Shown: positions 12,563-25,595 of the stretch, piece after piece
How the letters are laid out: each line of letters opens with the position of its first letter
Numbering within the stretch: the stretch's first letter is position 1
DNA from: Octopus vulgaris
Taxonomy: Eukaryota
Direction of reading: 5' to 3'
Assembly (NCBI GenBank): GCA_951406725.2
Contig: OX597840.1
Span: forward strand, 29,326,001 to 29,390,000
Length of the DNA stretch: 64,000 nt
Notes under the pieces: generated by a model
Database searches by the model: none
Told to the model about the DNA's origin: nothing
Seen by the model: only the letters and a program-made list of their open reading frames with translations
Translations under genes and position numbers: made by a program

Positions 12563-13082
12563 TTCTAACTAGAAAGGGTATGGCCTGGTCAGCCTGTAAT
12601 GACATGCATAAGATCTGGTCATCAAATCTAAGTAGAGACTTCAAACTTGAAATATTCAAAGCCACAGTCGAACCAATCCTACTATATGGCTCAGAAACCT
12701 GGACGTTATCAAAGAAGCTTGAGAGGCGGTTGGATGGAACCTACACTCGCCTCCTTATGAGAGCTCAAAATCTCTCGTGGAGGCGCCATCCAACTAAAAT
12801 GCAAATATATGGGAAATTACCACCTGTGTCATCTCTTGTGAAGGGTAGGAGAGTCCAGTTTGCTGGACATTGTTGTAGAGCTGAAAAAGAAGTAATTTCT
12901 ACTCTTCTCCTCTGGAAGCCATCTACTCGCAACACCAGAGGGCGCACACTCTCCTACCCTGATGTAATCTCCAGGGATACAGGCATCCAGCAACAGGACC
13001 TCCGTAATGCTATGATGGACCGTGAAGTCTGGCGCAACATGGTAAATTCCATTGTCTCGACCACGGTCGAACAATGATGATG
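12563..13082 (+). mobile_element. 5'-truncated RTE-clade LINE, ORF C-terminus 12580-13077
   Basis: ILLYGSETWTL...RRVQFAGHC...DREVWR motifs; (TGA)n tail; 11-bp TSD acagcaagact at 12552-12562 and 13083-13093. Confidence 0.9.
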
Positions 13083-14009
13083 ACAGCAAGACTGAAGTTA
13101 AACATTTGTAAAGATAAACCTCACAACAACTCCAGCAGCAACAGAGCCGGTCAAATCCCATGCGTCTGGGACAGGATAATAGGCTGATAACACGTTTAAA
13201 CACGTCTTCTCTCTTCAACGAATGCCATAGAATTCTCATTCCCAGTTTTTAGCGCATGTGCATTAGGGAACTTCGTTAGGCCTTTCCAGAAGGTTCCAGC
13301 CCCGCACACGCACACTGAAGAATGACGTCACTACAGCTTCTACACCTGGAATTTTCTTACATTTTGAATAAATGTAAGAAAATAAAAGTTTGAAGGAAAC
13401 ATTAGCCATTTTTCATACTTTCTAGTGATAAGCAAATAGGAAATAACAGTCGCTATCAAAAGGACAAAAATTGTATTACTCTGTCTTTAGCTGATATTGT
13501 ATCACTATATTTTCACAAATTGCCAATTTGATAAACTGTCAAACTGTTAGAATTTTTTCCTCAATTATCCAAAATCGTTTCATGTCAGAGGTGCCAAAAT
13601 CTCTACAGACAAGATGTTTTTAATTCAAAACCATTTTACATTTTCCTGTAGGTGATACTGATTGCTTTTTGATAAAATTCTGAAATAATGTTTAATTCAT
13701 TACGTCACAACACTAACGATTGTGTCATGTGTGGATAAATGTGAGTCTGTGCATGTGTGTATGTATGAGTGTATGTATGCACGTGTGTGTGTGTGTGTGT
13801 GTCTGTCTGTCTGTATGAGTGTGTGGGTGTTTATTTAACATATCTAAAATATTTCTGACAGTTATGTCACGGGTCAGTTTCTCTCCTAACCTTCATCTAA
13901 CATACTGTTTTTTGTATTTATCTCTAGTCAGACTAGTGTATAAGTCACAGCCCTAAAATGTTTCAGTTAGAAACAAGTATAAAATAGTGTAAAAATAGAG
14001 TAACCTGAG

Positions 14010-14290
14010 GTGCAGGGCCCAATTGGAAACAATTTTGGTGGGCCCCAGGTTCCCAGTTAACCCGCACTTCGGAAATTCCAGCACCTCCACCTCGGAGTTA
14101 TTTTTTTTTCTTCATTCTGTTTTCAGGTGCTATCTGATATGGTATGCAGGGCCGGCCTTAGGAGGTGAAGGGCCCAATTGAAAACAATTTTGGTGGGCCC
14201 TAGGTTCCCAGTCAACCTGCACTTTGGAAATTCCACCCCCTCCACTTCGGAGTTTTTTTCTTTTCTTCATTCTGTTTTCAGGTGCCATCC
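14010..14290 (+). repeat. Two ~135-bp direct copies; hAT-like terminus cagggccggccttagg
   Basis: agggcccaattg(g/a)aaacaattttggtggg...ttcattctgttttcaggtgc repeated. Confidence 0.55.
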
Positions 14291-14620
14291 ACTAATCTCA
14301 CCTCTTAATATACTGCAGAGGACATTTTCCTCTTTGTGGCATATTTGGAGATCAGAATAGTAGCTGTTTGGTATGTTTAATAACTACTATTTCAAGTATA
14401 CTAAACAGCCACATTAAGGATGGGCTACCTCTCAGTTTATTTAAACCAGGATAATATGTGTGTGTGTATGATGTATATGTATGTAATATGTATGTGTGTG
14501 TGTGTGTATATATGTGTATGTATGTATACATATATATATGTATATGTACATGTGTATATATGTATGTATATATACATATATATGTGTGTGTATATGATGT
14601 ATATGTGCATATGTATGTGC

Positions 14621-14669
<49 letters not shown>

Positions 14670-14792
14670 GAAATGAGGTACTCAGAAATCTGGATGGTTT
14701 TACATTTACAGATTTTTATTAATATGTCACATGTTTTTATAAATCATATATTAGTGCTTGCATCACCTCTAGTAGAATCTCCAGATATACAT

Positions 14793-14828
<36 letters not shown>

Positions 14829-15435
14829 GTATGTACATATATATATGATATATATATGTATATATTGGGTTGTTAAGTATGAAATTTGCAGAAAAGAAAA
14901 AAAGTTTGCTGATGTTTTATAAATACAAGGAATAGTTTTATTCCTCAAAGCATGCACCCATATTGTCAATACTCTTTTGCCATTTCAGCAGCAGATTATC
15001 CAGCCTGGAACCGTAAAAGCCTGGCAATCTAGAGTCAATAAAATCTTGGAAGGTCTGTTTTACAGCATCGTTGGAATTAAATGTTTTTCCTATCAAAAAG
15101 TTATCCAAATCCTGGAAGAAATGTTAGTCAGTGGGGACAAGATCCTTTGTGTATGGTGGATGATGGAGAACTTCCAACTCCAACTTCTGTAGTTTCGCTA
15201 ATGTTATTTTTGTGATGTGTGGTCTGGCGTTGTCTTGCAATAGAATAGGAGTGGATCTGTTGACTAATCTAGGCTGGTTTTTTTTTTGGTTAGTTTCTGC
15301 ATCATTTGGTCCACTTGACTGCAGTATACTTTGGCTGTGATTGGCGAGCTAGGTTTAATGAAATCATAATGGATCACACCTGCGCCAGACGACCAAACAC
15401 ACCATCAGCTTCTTTTGATGAATTTTGCTATTTAG

Positions 15436-15656
15436 CCCTTTCGTTACCAACCCGACTGAAACCGCCCCTAGCTCTGTAGTACAAATGTCTTGTTTTCATA
15501 AGTTTTGAATTAAAATCTTCCACCAAAGATTAGTCATAATTTATGTTCCTAACACTAGCTTAATGATAACTAAGTTATTTTACTAAATTCTTTGTTATAT
15601 TTAAAGTAATTGAAAGAAACACAGAGCATCTCAACAGAAATACAGTAACAAAATGG
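15436..15656 (-). mobile_element. piggyBac-like MITE inserted in the mariner transposase
   Basis: Ends ccctttcgttac / gtaacaaaatgg; ttag on both sides (15432-15435, 15657-15660); same family as the 14-5860 cluster. Confidence 0.75.
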
Positions 15657-16218
15657 TTAGACTGTGTTTTGGTGGCTCATCTTTGTCCAACCATTGTGCT
15701 GAACGTTTACGGTTGTTGTATTGGATCCATTTCTCATCACATGTTACAATGCAATTCAAAGATGATTCATTTTTGTGATGAGGACATAGCATAATGCAGG
15801 CTTCTAAACGTTGCTCTTTCTGATTTCCATTGAGTTCATGTGGAACCCACTGATCCAACTTTTTCACTTTACCAATTTGAACTAGGTGAGTCAATATTGT
15901 TTCCTAGCTAACATCAAACAACAACGATAATTCACGGGTACTTTAAGATGGATCTGACTCAATGGTGGCTTTCAGTTCGTCATTATCCATCTTTGTCTCT
16001 GGTCGACCAAGTTGCTCATTTGTGAGGTCAAAGTCACTAGAATGAAATTTTGCAAACCAACTTGATACTGTCTGCTGTGTAATAACATTAAAATGAAATA
16101 CTCCATTAATATTCTGAGCTGTCTATGATGCTGTATTTCAAAGAAGGAACTCATATTTCAAAACTGTATGAATTTCCGACTTACCCAGCTCTAAACAAAA
16201 ATAGTAAAAATATATTTA

Positions 16219-17457
16219 TTGCATTGGAAACTAAGTTCCTGCTGTTCTTTTTTAAATTTCAAAAAGGTTTAATGCAAAATAACAACTAATTAATCAATAA
16301 TGTATTCACCCTTGTTGTTTACAACTTTTTCCCAACGTTCAACAAGATTTTCAATATATTGTTGGTAGAAATCACCTGATTTCGACTCTAAAAATTGATC
16401 CAACCAAACTCAATTCTGCATCAGTATTGAATGAAACTCTGCGTATAGCACTTGAATGGATCGAAAGATGTGGAAATCCATTGGTGCCAAATCAGGAGAG
16501 TACAGCAGGTGTGGCCACACCTCCCAGCCATGCGTTGTTTGAATGGCTTCCTTGGTCATATTAACGATATGAGGGTGGGCGTTGTTGTGCAACAGAAGAA
16601 CTCCATACTGCCAATTAGGTCTTTTCTCTTGAATAGCTGTTCAAGCAATTCGTAATGGATAATCCCTTCCCAGTCCCACCATACGCACATTGTTTTATGC
16701 GGATGAAGATCTTGTTTCACGCGTGGTGTTGCTTGTTTACCGGGGCTAAGCCATTCCTTACGCTGCTTCATTTTGATGTACAGGCACCATTTTTCGTCAC
16801 CAGTAACGATTCGGTAAAGAAATTGTTGCTTGTGTCCATGAGTTGAGTGGTGATGAGCAAGCAAACCAGCGGAGATTATGGTTCATTGACTTTTGTTGTT
16901 GTCACTTAAAGCATACGAAACCCATGCTCCATACTTCTGAACCTTTCCCATCGAGTGAAGATGCTTCTCTATAGCAGTGTGGGAGTATTCCATTTTCTCT
17001 GCCAGTTCCCTTGTCATTTGACGAGAATTTTCATGCAAAGTTGGTTTAATCACTCTTTATCGAACTCAACTGGACGGCGAGAATGAAGAGTGTCTTTGAG
17101 GTCAAAATTTCCATTTTTGAACTTGGCATACCAATAACGAGTGGTTCTTTCAGCTATGGCACCCTCTCCATACACAGCACAAATTTCACGAGCAGCTTTT
17201 GCGGCCTTAGAACCTTGATTAAAAGCAAAAAGAAGGAGGTGTCGAAAATGCTCATTTATCTTAACTTGACATTCCATTTTAATGATCTGAAAATAAACAA
17301 AAATTAACTAAAATTAAGTAGAAAAACAAAGACAAAATAGATTCCAAAATGATTCAAAAATAGATTTCTCGAAGAAAAATAGATTCCAAAATTTAAAAAA
17401 ACGCAATAAATTCCAAAATGAAAAAAAAAACCGGTGGGAACTTAGTTGTCAACCCAG
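16219..17457 (-). mobile_element. Full-length but frameshifted mariner (mellifera-like TIR), transposase pseudogene
   Basis: TA-flanked TIRs containing aactaagttcc; N-terminus EHFRHLLLFAFNQG...ICAVYGEGAI, TGDEKW, HNNAHPH, YSPDLAPMDFH. Confidence 0.9.
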
Positions 17458-17640
17458 TATAAATACTTTATAAAGTGCAAAATGAGTTAGAATAAAGAAA
17501 TAGATGTGTCAGCTTTCTAATAAAAAAATAAAGATTGTCAAAATATAATAATGACAACCGATATTGGTGCGTTTAGGACCTAAACATACCAGTATGGGTT
17601 GTCAAGCGATGGTGGTGGGGACAAACACAAACACACACAA

Positions 17641-17671
<31 letters not shown>

Positions 17672-17863
17672 CACATAAAATAAGCACCAATAAAAGAAGT
17701 ACTAGGTTTACAAAGAATAAGTCCTGGGGTCGAGTTGTTCAACAAAAAGGCAGTGCTCCAGCATGGCCACAGTCAAATGACTGAAACAAGTAAAAGAATA
17801 TATATATATAAAGTACACTTTATTGAAATAATAAAGTTTCCCCAAGATTAAACATATACAAAC

Positions 17864-17894
<31 letters not shown>

Positions 17895-18485
17895 CGCATA
17901 TTTGCCATTTGAATATGGCTAACACCTAAGGGTGGATGCTACTGTAGTTTGTAGCCCCAGGAAGATATCTCCTCCAGCTGGCTATAGACACACTATCTGT
18001 GTCCTCTCAGTATTTGTGAAGGGAAGTCATCTTTCCCGTCTTCAACTTATGATACACACGTACCCGAGTTTCAAGGTGTTTACCTTTCATCAGAGTGTGA
18101 CAATCACAGTTGTCGACGACAATTCAGTTTCCCTCACAAATACATATACTTTTTCCAGTGTCGATTGACACTGATATTGAAAAAGTGAAATCAAACAATG
18201 ATAAATCTCAGAGCGAGTTATAAACAGTAGTGGTAACACATCGTGACGCATATTTGCCATTTGAATATGGCTAACTCCTAAGGGTGGATGCTACTGTAGT
18301 TTGTAGCCCCAGGAAGATATCTCCTCCAGCTGGCTATAGACACACTATCTGTGCTCTATCAGTATTTGTGTAGGGAATTCATCCTTCCCGTCTTCAACTT
18401 ATGGGTTAGCCATATTCAAATGGCAAATATGCGTCACGATGTGTTACCGCTACTGTTTATAACTCGCTCTGAGATTTATCATTGT

Positions 18486-18486
<1 letters not shown>
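17895..18486 (-). mobile_element. Retrozyme-like/Penelope pLTR element: 352-bp unit x1.45 plus 5' inverted segment, in (TA)n
   Basis: 17895-18051 repeated at 18247-18403; 18405-18486 is the reverse complement of ~18194-18275; contains an HHR. Confidence 0.85.
18055..18099 (-). ncRNA. Type I hammerhead ribozyme
   Basis: cacac(u)-CUGAUGA-aaggu/accuu-GAAAC-ucgg-GUA-(c)gugug; near-palindromic stem III. Confidence 0.9.
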
Positions 18487-18509
<23 letters not shown>

Positions 18510-18517
<8 letters not shown>

Positions 18518-18780
18518 GGAGAATGTGTGTGTCTGTCTATCTATCTGTGTGTATCACTAAAACTAGAGAACAACCAATCCGATTTCATTCAAATTTTATA
18601 TCTATCTTACTTAGGGTCCATGCAGTGTCATGGGCTAAAAATGTTCAACTTCTTGCCTAATGCAAGCCTGGAGCAATCACTTATCTCTTACACTGTTTCT
18701 GTATATGTCAAAAGTGAAACAATAACATCTCTGTTAATACTTTCACTATTATAAGGTTTCAATTTTAATTCCTTTCATTT
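18510..18780 (+). mobile_element. Possible non-autonomous Helitron/Helentron 5' fragment
   Basis: tatatatgaaa..gaatgtgtgtgtctgtct...aaccaatccgatttcattcaaatttt, typical in style of such 5' ends. Confidence 0.4.
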
Positions 18781-18849
18781 TGTATCTATATATATTAGTT
18801 TCATTTCTATTACTTTCAATATGCATTTATATACATGTTTGTATATGTC

Positions 18850-18907
<58 letters not shown>

Positions 18908-19012
18908 CACATATATATATACATATATATACATACATATATATATACACACACACATATATATATATACACACACACACATATATATATATACATATAT
19001 ATATATACACAC

Positions 19013-19055
<43 letters not shown>

Positions 19056-19099
19056 TATATGTGTGTGTGTGTATATATATATGTATGTATATATGTATG

Positions 19100-19153
<54 letters not shown>

Positions 19154-19324
19154 CAGGAGTTGCTTACCAACCACATGGTTCCAGGTTCAATCCCACTGCA
19201 TGGCTCCTTGGGCAAGTGTTTTCTACTTTAGTCTCACGCCAACCAAAGCCTTGTGAGTGGTTGCAAGATAGATAAGATAGATGGAAAGATTGATTGCAAG
19301 ATATACAGGTAAGATCAATCGATC

Positions 19325-19570
<246 letters not shown>

Positions 19571-19635
19571 TATGAATTGATTCAGGTAGACCACATTATC
19601 ACGTAACCACTCCTCAAGTTGTAAATGTTGATTAA

Positions 19636-19854
19636 CCATTTTGTTGCCATATTTCTCTTGACATTCACTGGATTTGTTGGAATTGATTTTAAAAATAATG
19701 ACGTATTTAGTGTATCTTTGACTTAATTAAGCTAAAGCCTGGAACAGAAATTAACAGGAAATGTTTATTCAAGGTTTTGATTCCGATCATATTAAAACAG
19801 GAAGTGTATTTCATTGAATCAAAGGCAATCCAAAGCAGGTTGGTATGAAAAGGT
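19636..19854 (+). mobile_element. piggyBac-like MITE
   Basis: TTAA at 19632-19635 and 19855-19858; imperfect TIRs; same family body. Confidence 0.7.
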
Positions 19855-20418
19855 TTAATCAACACCTCGAAAAACAAATTAAGAGTAATTAGGTAAACTC
19901 GTCAAATATTCTCAAGGTTATTACCCACCTGAATGAAGAGTACTAATTGACACAATAAAATTACCGTTCTATCACTATTTAGCATTTCTTACAGCAACGA
20001 ACTGAAACTATTCTCAAGATTTCCCTAATTCGATATTTCACACATTCATCCCCTCATTCATGAATTCTCTCTTCAGTAATCTAGAGATTCAGAGAATGAT
20101 GAAATTTAGCATTACGGTTATATCCTGCTGGTTCCAACATGATATAATTGTGTAGCAAAACCATTTTCTATTATGGTTTATTGAATACTTTAAATTGAGA
20201 GAGGCTCAGCACGTCAATCTGTAATGATTGGTTGTCTTACTTATCATGTGAGTCCTGTGCTTTGATTGGTCGAATATTGCATGGGATTTGGATCGAAGTT
20301 CCAGTCACGTTGCATGTAACTTATTCTTAAAGAACTTTATTTCACAGAGGAATAAAGTCTTGCTGTTATTTTTAAAGTTTGTTTCTTATATTATTTCCAT
20401 GAATGAACATGCAACATA

Positions 20419-21099
20419 TCTTTATATATAAAAGTGAAGTTGAGTGTCTGTCTCCTACGATTTAGATTCCTAACTACTCCCACATTTTGCGGTGCAGTTT
20501 AACCAAAAGCGGGTATCTTATAGTCGTGATTCATATCGAGCCCGTCTGGGTATTAGCGCGCGTCTACGATGAGTCTATGATTTAAAAAAAATTTACCATA
20601 ATTTTTTCTCATTTTTAATGCATTTTTTGCTATTATATAAGGGAAGTAACTCTCTAAAAATGCTTATATAATTATTTCCCTTACAAACCCGAGCAACGCC
20701 GGGTGATACTGCTAGTCTTTATATATAAAAGTCAAGTTGTGTGTCTGTCTCCTACGATTTAGATTCCTAACTACTCCCACATTTTGCGGTGCAGTGTAAC
20801 CAAAACCGGGTATCTTATAGTCGTGATTCATATCGAGCCCTTCTGGGTATTAGCACGCGTCTACAATAAGTCTATGATTTTAAAAATAATTTACCATCAA
20901 TTTTTTCCATTTTAATGCATTTTTTCGCTATTATATAAGGGAAATGTCTACGATGAGTCAACGATTTAAAAAAAAATTTACCATAATTTTTTTTCCATTT
21001 TTAATGCATTTTTTTGCTATTTTTTGGCTATAACTCTCTAAAAATGCTTATATAGTTATTTCCCTTACAAACCCGAGCAACGCCGGGTGATACTGCTAG
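20419..21099 (+). mobile_element. Two head-to-tail non-autonomous Helitrons (20419-20715, 20716-21099)
   Basis: A|TC start, subterminal hairpin cccg-agcaacgc-cggg, CTAG|T end, no TSD; second copy has an internal duplication. Confidence 0.9.
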
Positions 21100-21407
21100 T
21101 GTTGTATAATGGTATATAAGATTTTGTAGAAAACCAAGGAAGACTTTTGACCACCTCCATCAAAAAGTACTATAATAGTTGATTTCGACATGATATAAAA
21201 AGGAGGGTGACTCTTCTTTTGGCATCTCCATGGGGTGCTTTCTCAGGGTCCACGCAGTCAACTGATAGGGTTGTTTATCCTTAATACAGTCAGAAATTAT
21301 AACTCAATAGCCCTGGACTGTACATGGATGCTTGCTTAGCAATCTCATACAATATGAAAAGCCAATCATTTAAATATCTGGAGAGGATCTAATGGGAATA
21401 ATATACT

Positions 21408-21832
21408 CTCTCTTTTACTCTTTTACTTGTTTCCGTCAGTTGACTGCGGCCATGCTGGAGCACCACCTTTAGTCGAGCAACTCGACCCCGGAACTTATTC
21501 TTTGTAAGCCCAGTACTTATTCTATCGGTCTCTTTTGCCAAACCGCTAAGTGTCGGGGACATAAACACACCAGCATCGGTTGTCAAACAATGCTAGGGGG
21601 ACAAACGCAGACACACAAACACATGCACGCACATATATTTATATATATATATATACATATACATATATACGATGGGCTTCTTTCAGTTTCCCGTCTAAAT
21701 CCACTCACAAGGCTTTGGTCAGCCCAAGTCTATAGTAGAAGACACTTGCCCTAGGTGCCATGCGGTGGGACTGAACCCGGAACCATGTGGTTCGTAAGCA
21801 AGCTACTTACCACACAGCCACTCCTGCGCCTA
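21408..21832 (-). mobile_element. SINE family A
   Basis: Full-length reverse copy. Confidence 0.9.
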
Positions 21833-21961
21833 TATGGAAGTTTGGCTTAAATTGAAATATTAGCAATTAATAATACCTAACTTACTAGATGCAGTATTAG
21901 ATTTTAACACAAAGAACCACAACCATTTCTATTCTTGATAGTAGGACTTCTACCAGGGTTT

Positions 21962-22168
21962 GTGGAGGTGTGTGGCTTAGTGGTTAAGGGGTTGGGCTCA
22001 TGATCATAAGATTGTGGTTTCAATTCCTGGACTGGGCGATGCATTGTGTTTTTGAGCAAAACACTTCATTTTTCATTGCTCCAGTCCACTCAGCTGGCAA
22101 ACATGAGTAATCTTGCAGCTGACCAGTGTCCTGTCTACGTGGGGAATATAGACATCATGGAAACTGGT
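21962..22168 (+). mobile_element. SINE family C (tRNA head gtggcttagtggttaagg, then ttgagcaaaacacttcat)
   Basis: Related copies at 35562-35735 (+) and ~36330-36540 (-). Confidence 0.7.
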
Positions 22169-22169
22169 C

Positions 22170-22565
22170 CTGGCAGAAATGTTAGCATGCCGGGCAAAAT
22201 GCTTAGCAGTATTTTGTCTGCCACTACGTTCTGAGTTCAAATTCCGCCGAGGTCGACTTTGCCTTTCATCCTTTCGGGGTCAGTTATGCACTGGGATCGA
22301 TATAATCGACTTAATCCGTTTGTCTGTCCTTGTTTGTCCTCTCTGTGTTTAGCCCCTTGTGGGTAGTAAAGAAATAGGTATTTCGTCTGCCGCTACTTTC
22401 TGAGTTCAAATTCCGCCGAGATTGACTTTGCCTTTTATCCTTTTGGGGTCGATTAAATTAAGTACCAGTTACACACTGGAGTCGACAGAATCGACTTAAT
22501 CCGTTTGTCTGTCCTTGTTTGTCCTCTGTGTGTTTAGCCCCTTGTGGGTTGTAAAGAAATAGGAA
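22170..22565 (+). mobile_element. SINE family B with duplicated 3' unit
   Basis: Same sequence as 2375-2976. Confidence 0.85.
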
Positions 22566-22685
22566 ACCGGCCCTTATTCATTGGTATAACTTGAGAAGGT
22601 AACTTTACCATGGATTTTTTTACCTTCTTTTAGGTAAAAAAAGATGGGTTCAAAGCTCTCCTTGATATTTCTGAGTAACAGTAGA

Positions 22686-23095
22686 GTGCAGGAGTGGGTG
22701 TGTGGTAAGTAGCTTGTTTACCAACCACATTGTTCTGGGTTCAGTCCCACTGCGTGGCACCTTGGGCAAGTGTCTTCTACTACAGCCATGGGACAAGTGG
22801 ATATAGTAGATGGAAACTGAAAGAAGCCCGTTATATATATATATATATATATGAATGCGTGTGTGTGTGTGTCTGTGTTTGTCCCCCTAGCATTGCTTGA
22901 CAACCGATACTGGTGTGTTTATGTCCCCGTAACTTAGCGGTTTGGCAAAATAGACCGATAGAATAAGTACTAGGCTTACAAAAGAATAAGTCCTGGGGTC
23001 AAGTTGCTCGATTAAAGGCGTGCTCCAGCATGGCCACAGTCAACTGACTGAAACAAGTAAAAGAGTAAAGAGTAAAGAGTAAAGAGTAAAGAGTA
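22686..23095 (+). mobile_element. SINE family A
   Basis: Head plus (gtaaaga)n tail. Confidence 0.9.
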
Positions 23096-23553
23096 GTGCT
23101 ATCTATTGGCAAGATGGTGTATGCAATGACTTTATTGTTTCTCTCAACATCTGCTCACCCATCAACAGGTCCAGATAACAACCATTTTCCAACTGAAGTG
23201 AAGACATTATCACAAATTATTGGGTAGTGATTAAAGTTAAGGTGAGATTTAGAGTTAGAGTTTGGGTTAGGGTCAGCTTGCCTATGGCAAATCAATGGTA
23301 CCCAGTCCTAAACATGTAAATCATTGTAGCATTTGAGTATTTTAAATCTTTATGTCTGTCAGGCTGAATTTAAAAGTGAGCCTTTTGCAGGAAAATTGTT
23401 GAAATGGGCATTATATTGGTGAAAAGGCAGAGAAAGATTAAAAGAAGGCAGACAAAAAGAGATAGAGAAACAGAGGTGGATAGATAGATAGAATGATAGA
23501 TAGATAGATAGATAGATAGAGAGAGAGATAGACAGACAGATAGAGAGAGAGAG

Positions 23554-23587
<34 letters not shown>

Positions 23588-23675
23588 CTAGCTAGTTAGA
23601 TTGTTAGTAAGATAGATAGTTAGATAATTGATAGATAATTAGATTAAAAGATAGATAGATATCTAAAAGATAGAT

Positions 23676-23995
23676 AGGCGCAGGAGTGGCTGTGTGGTAA
23701 GTAGCTTGCTAACCAACCACATGGTTCCGGGTTCAGTCCCACTGCGTGGCACCTTGGGCAAGTGTCTTCTATGTGTGTGTGTGTGTGTTTGTGTTTGTTC
23801 CCCTAGCATTGCTTGACAACCGATGCTGGTGTGTTTACGTCCCTGTCACTTAGCGGTTCGGCAAAAGAGACCGATAGAATAAGTACTGGGCTTACAAAGA
23901 ATAAGTCCTGGGGTCGAGTTGCTTGACTAAAGGCGGTGCTCCAGCATGGCCGCAGTCAGCTGACTGAAACAAGTAAAAGAGTAAAAGAGTAAAAG
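23676..23995 (+). mobile_element. SINE family A, internally deleted, within a (GATA)/(GA)-rich tract
   Basis: Head joins directly to the (TG)n segment. Confidence 0.9.
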
Positions 23996-24033
23996 ATAGA
24001 TAAATAGATAGATAGATCGATAGATAGAAGCAC

Positions 24034-24100
<67 letters not shown>

Positions 24101-25086
24101 TAGATAAACAGATGGACAGTTACATAGATAGATGGATTCATGGATGGTTTGCTGGCTGGCTGGAAAGTAAGTTAGATGGATAGACAGACAGAGAGATAAA
24201 TAGATAGATAAATAGATGGAAGGATAGATAGATAAAAAGATAGAAAGATAAAGAGAAAGATAGATATATTGATAGCAGAGAGCGAGAGAGAGAAAGAGAG
24301 GGATTGAAGAATGAATGGATAAATAGAAAGAAAGAAAGATAAATAAATAGAAAGATAGATAGATGGGTAAATAGACAGAAAGATGGATGGATAGATGGAT
24401 GGAAAGAGAGAGCAAAATAGAGAGGTGGATAGACAGATAAATAGAAAGAGAGAGAAGGAGAGCAAGAGAGAGGGAGAGCAAGAGAGAGGGAGAGCAAGAG
24501 AGAGGGAGAGCAAGAGAAATGGAGAGCAAGAGAGAGGGAGAGCAAGAGAGAGGGAGAGTAAAAGTGAGAGAAACAAACATAAAAAGAGACAGAGGAATAT
24601 TTCAGAAAACTCTACAGGAAGATAAATTGGTCAACCAAGAGAATTCCTCGCTGCTTACTAATTATATATGAACAAAGCAAAAATTGTTATTCTTGTGATT
24701 TTAGCTTTGTGGAAATTTATTGGTATCAAGTGCAAATAAACTGTCAAGTTCATATAGCAGTCTGCAATAAAAGAAATTGTCAGGAAGCAACAGGCTTGGC
24801 TTTGTATCTTTGGTGGCGCTGCTAAGAATCCTCATGCTAAGCCAGTAAAAATACAAAGACGTAGAGACTCTGTTATTATCTGTTATATAAGTCTTAGGTT
24901 CTGATCACTTATGCAGCATCTTGCTACGATCTTTGTGTTTCGTGTTTTGCTTGGTTTCTGTCATTGGACTGTGGCTATGCTGGAGCACCGCCTTAACCCT
25001 TTTGATGCTAAAATGACTGAGTCTGCCCTTGGTTCTGTGATATAAATTTCCTGTTTTAAATTGAGTGAAATTAAAACTACTTTTTT

Positions 25087-25320
25087 TACTCTTTTACTCT
25101 TTTACTTGTTTCAGTCATTTGACTGCAGCCATGCTGGAGCGCCGCCTTTAGTCGAGCAACTCGACCCCAGGACTTATTCTTTATAATCCCAGTACTTATT
25201 CAATCAGTCTCTTTTGTCGAACCGCTAAGTGACGGGGACATAAATACACCAGCATCGGTTGTCAAGCATTGTTGGATGGGACAAACACAGACACACAAGC
25301 ATACACACACACATACATAC
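25087..25320 (-). mobile_element. SINE family A 3' half, ending at its internal microsatellite next to the Penelope-like element
   Basis: Tail and body present, head absent. Confidence 0.85.
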
Positions 25321-25355
<35 letters not shown>

Positions 25356-25473
25356 AAATAGTAAAAAGTGAAAAAACTACAGAAGGCTTGTTTTAAAAGG
25401 TTAAAAAATATATATTTGAGTCAATATGTCTGAAGAATATTATAAATTTTTTTCTTACAATAACATAGTTTAG

Positions 25474-25513
25474 AAGAAATGACCGGTTTCGCGTTTAGCT
25501 TTTCAAATTTCTT
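25474..25513 (-). ncRNA. Minimal type I hammerhead ribozyme with U3-A8 core variant, in the 3' pLTR of the Penelope-like element
   Basis: aagaaau-UUGAAAA-gc(uaaac)gc-GAAAC-cg-GUC-auuucuu; 7-bp stem I; ~80 nt downstream of the ORF stop. Confidence 0.85.
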
Positions 25514-25595
25514 ACAACGTTATGTTTATGTTGAGCAGAGTTCTAAATAAGGGGAGGTAATAAGTGATTTATTCCGGTGTAAGGGAGATAATCGC

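Larger units (their letters stand above)
14863..17563 (-). mobile_element. Decayed mariner (outer element), interrupted by a MITE and a second mariner
   Basis: WVPHEL and TCDEKW motifs in ORF 15631-15894; imperfect TIRs tattgggttgt (14863) and acaaccgata (~17554-17563). Confidence 0.75.

Noticed and set aside
23248-23275. ttagag/ttaggg telomere-like hexamers
   Set aside because: Only about four degenerate units; not an interstitial telomere array
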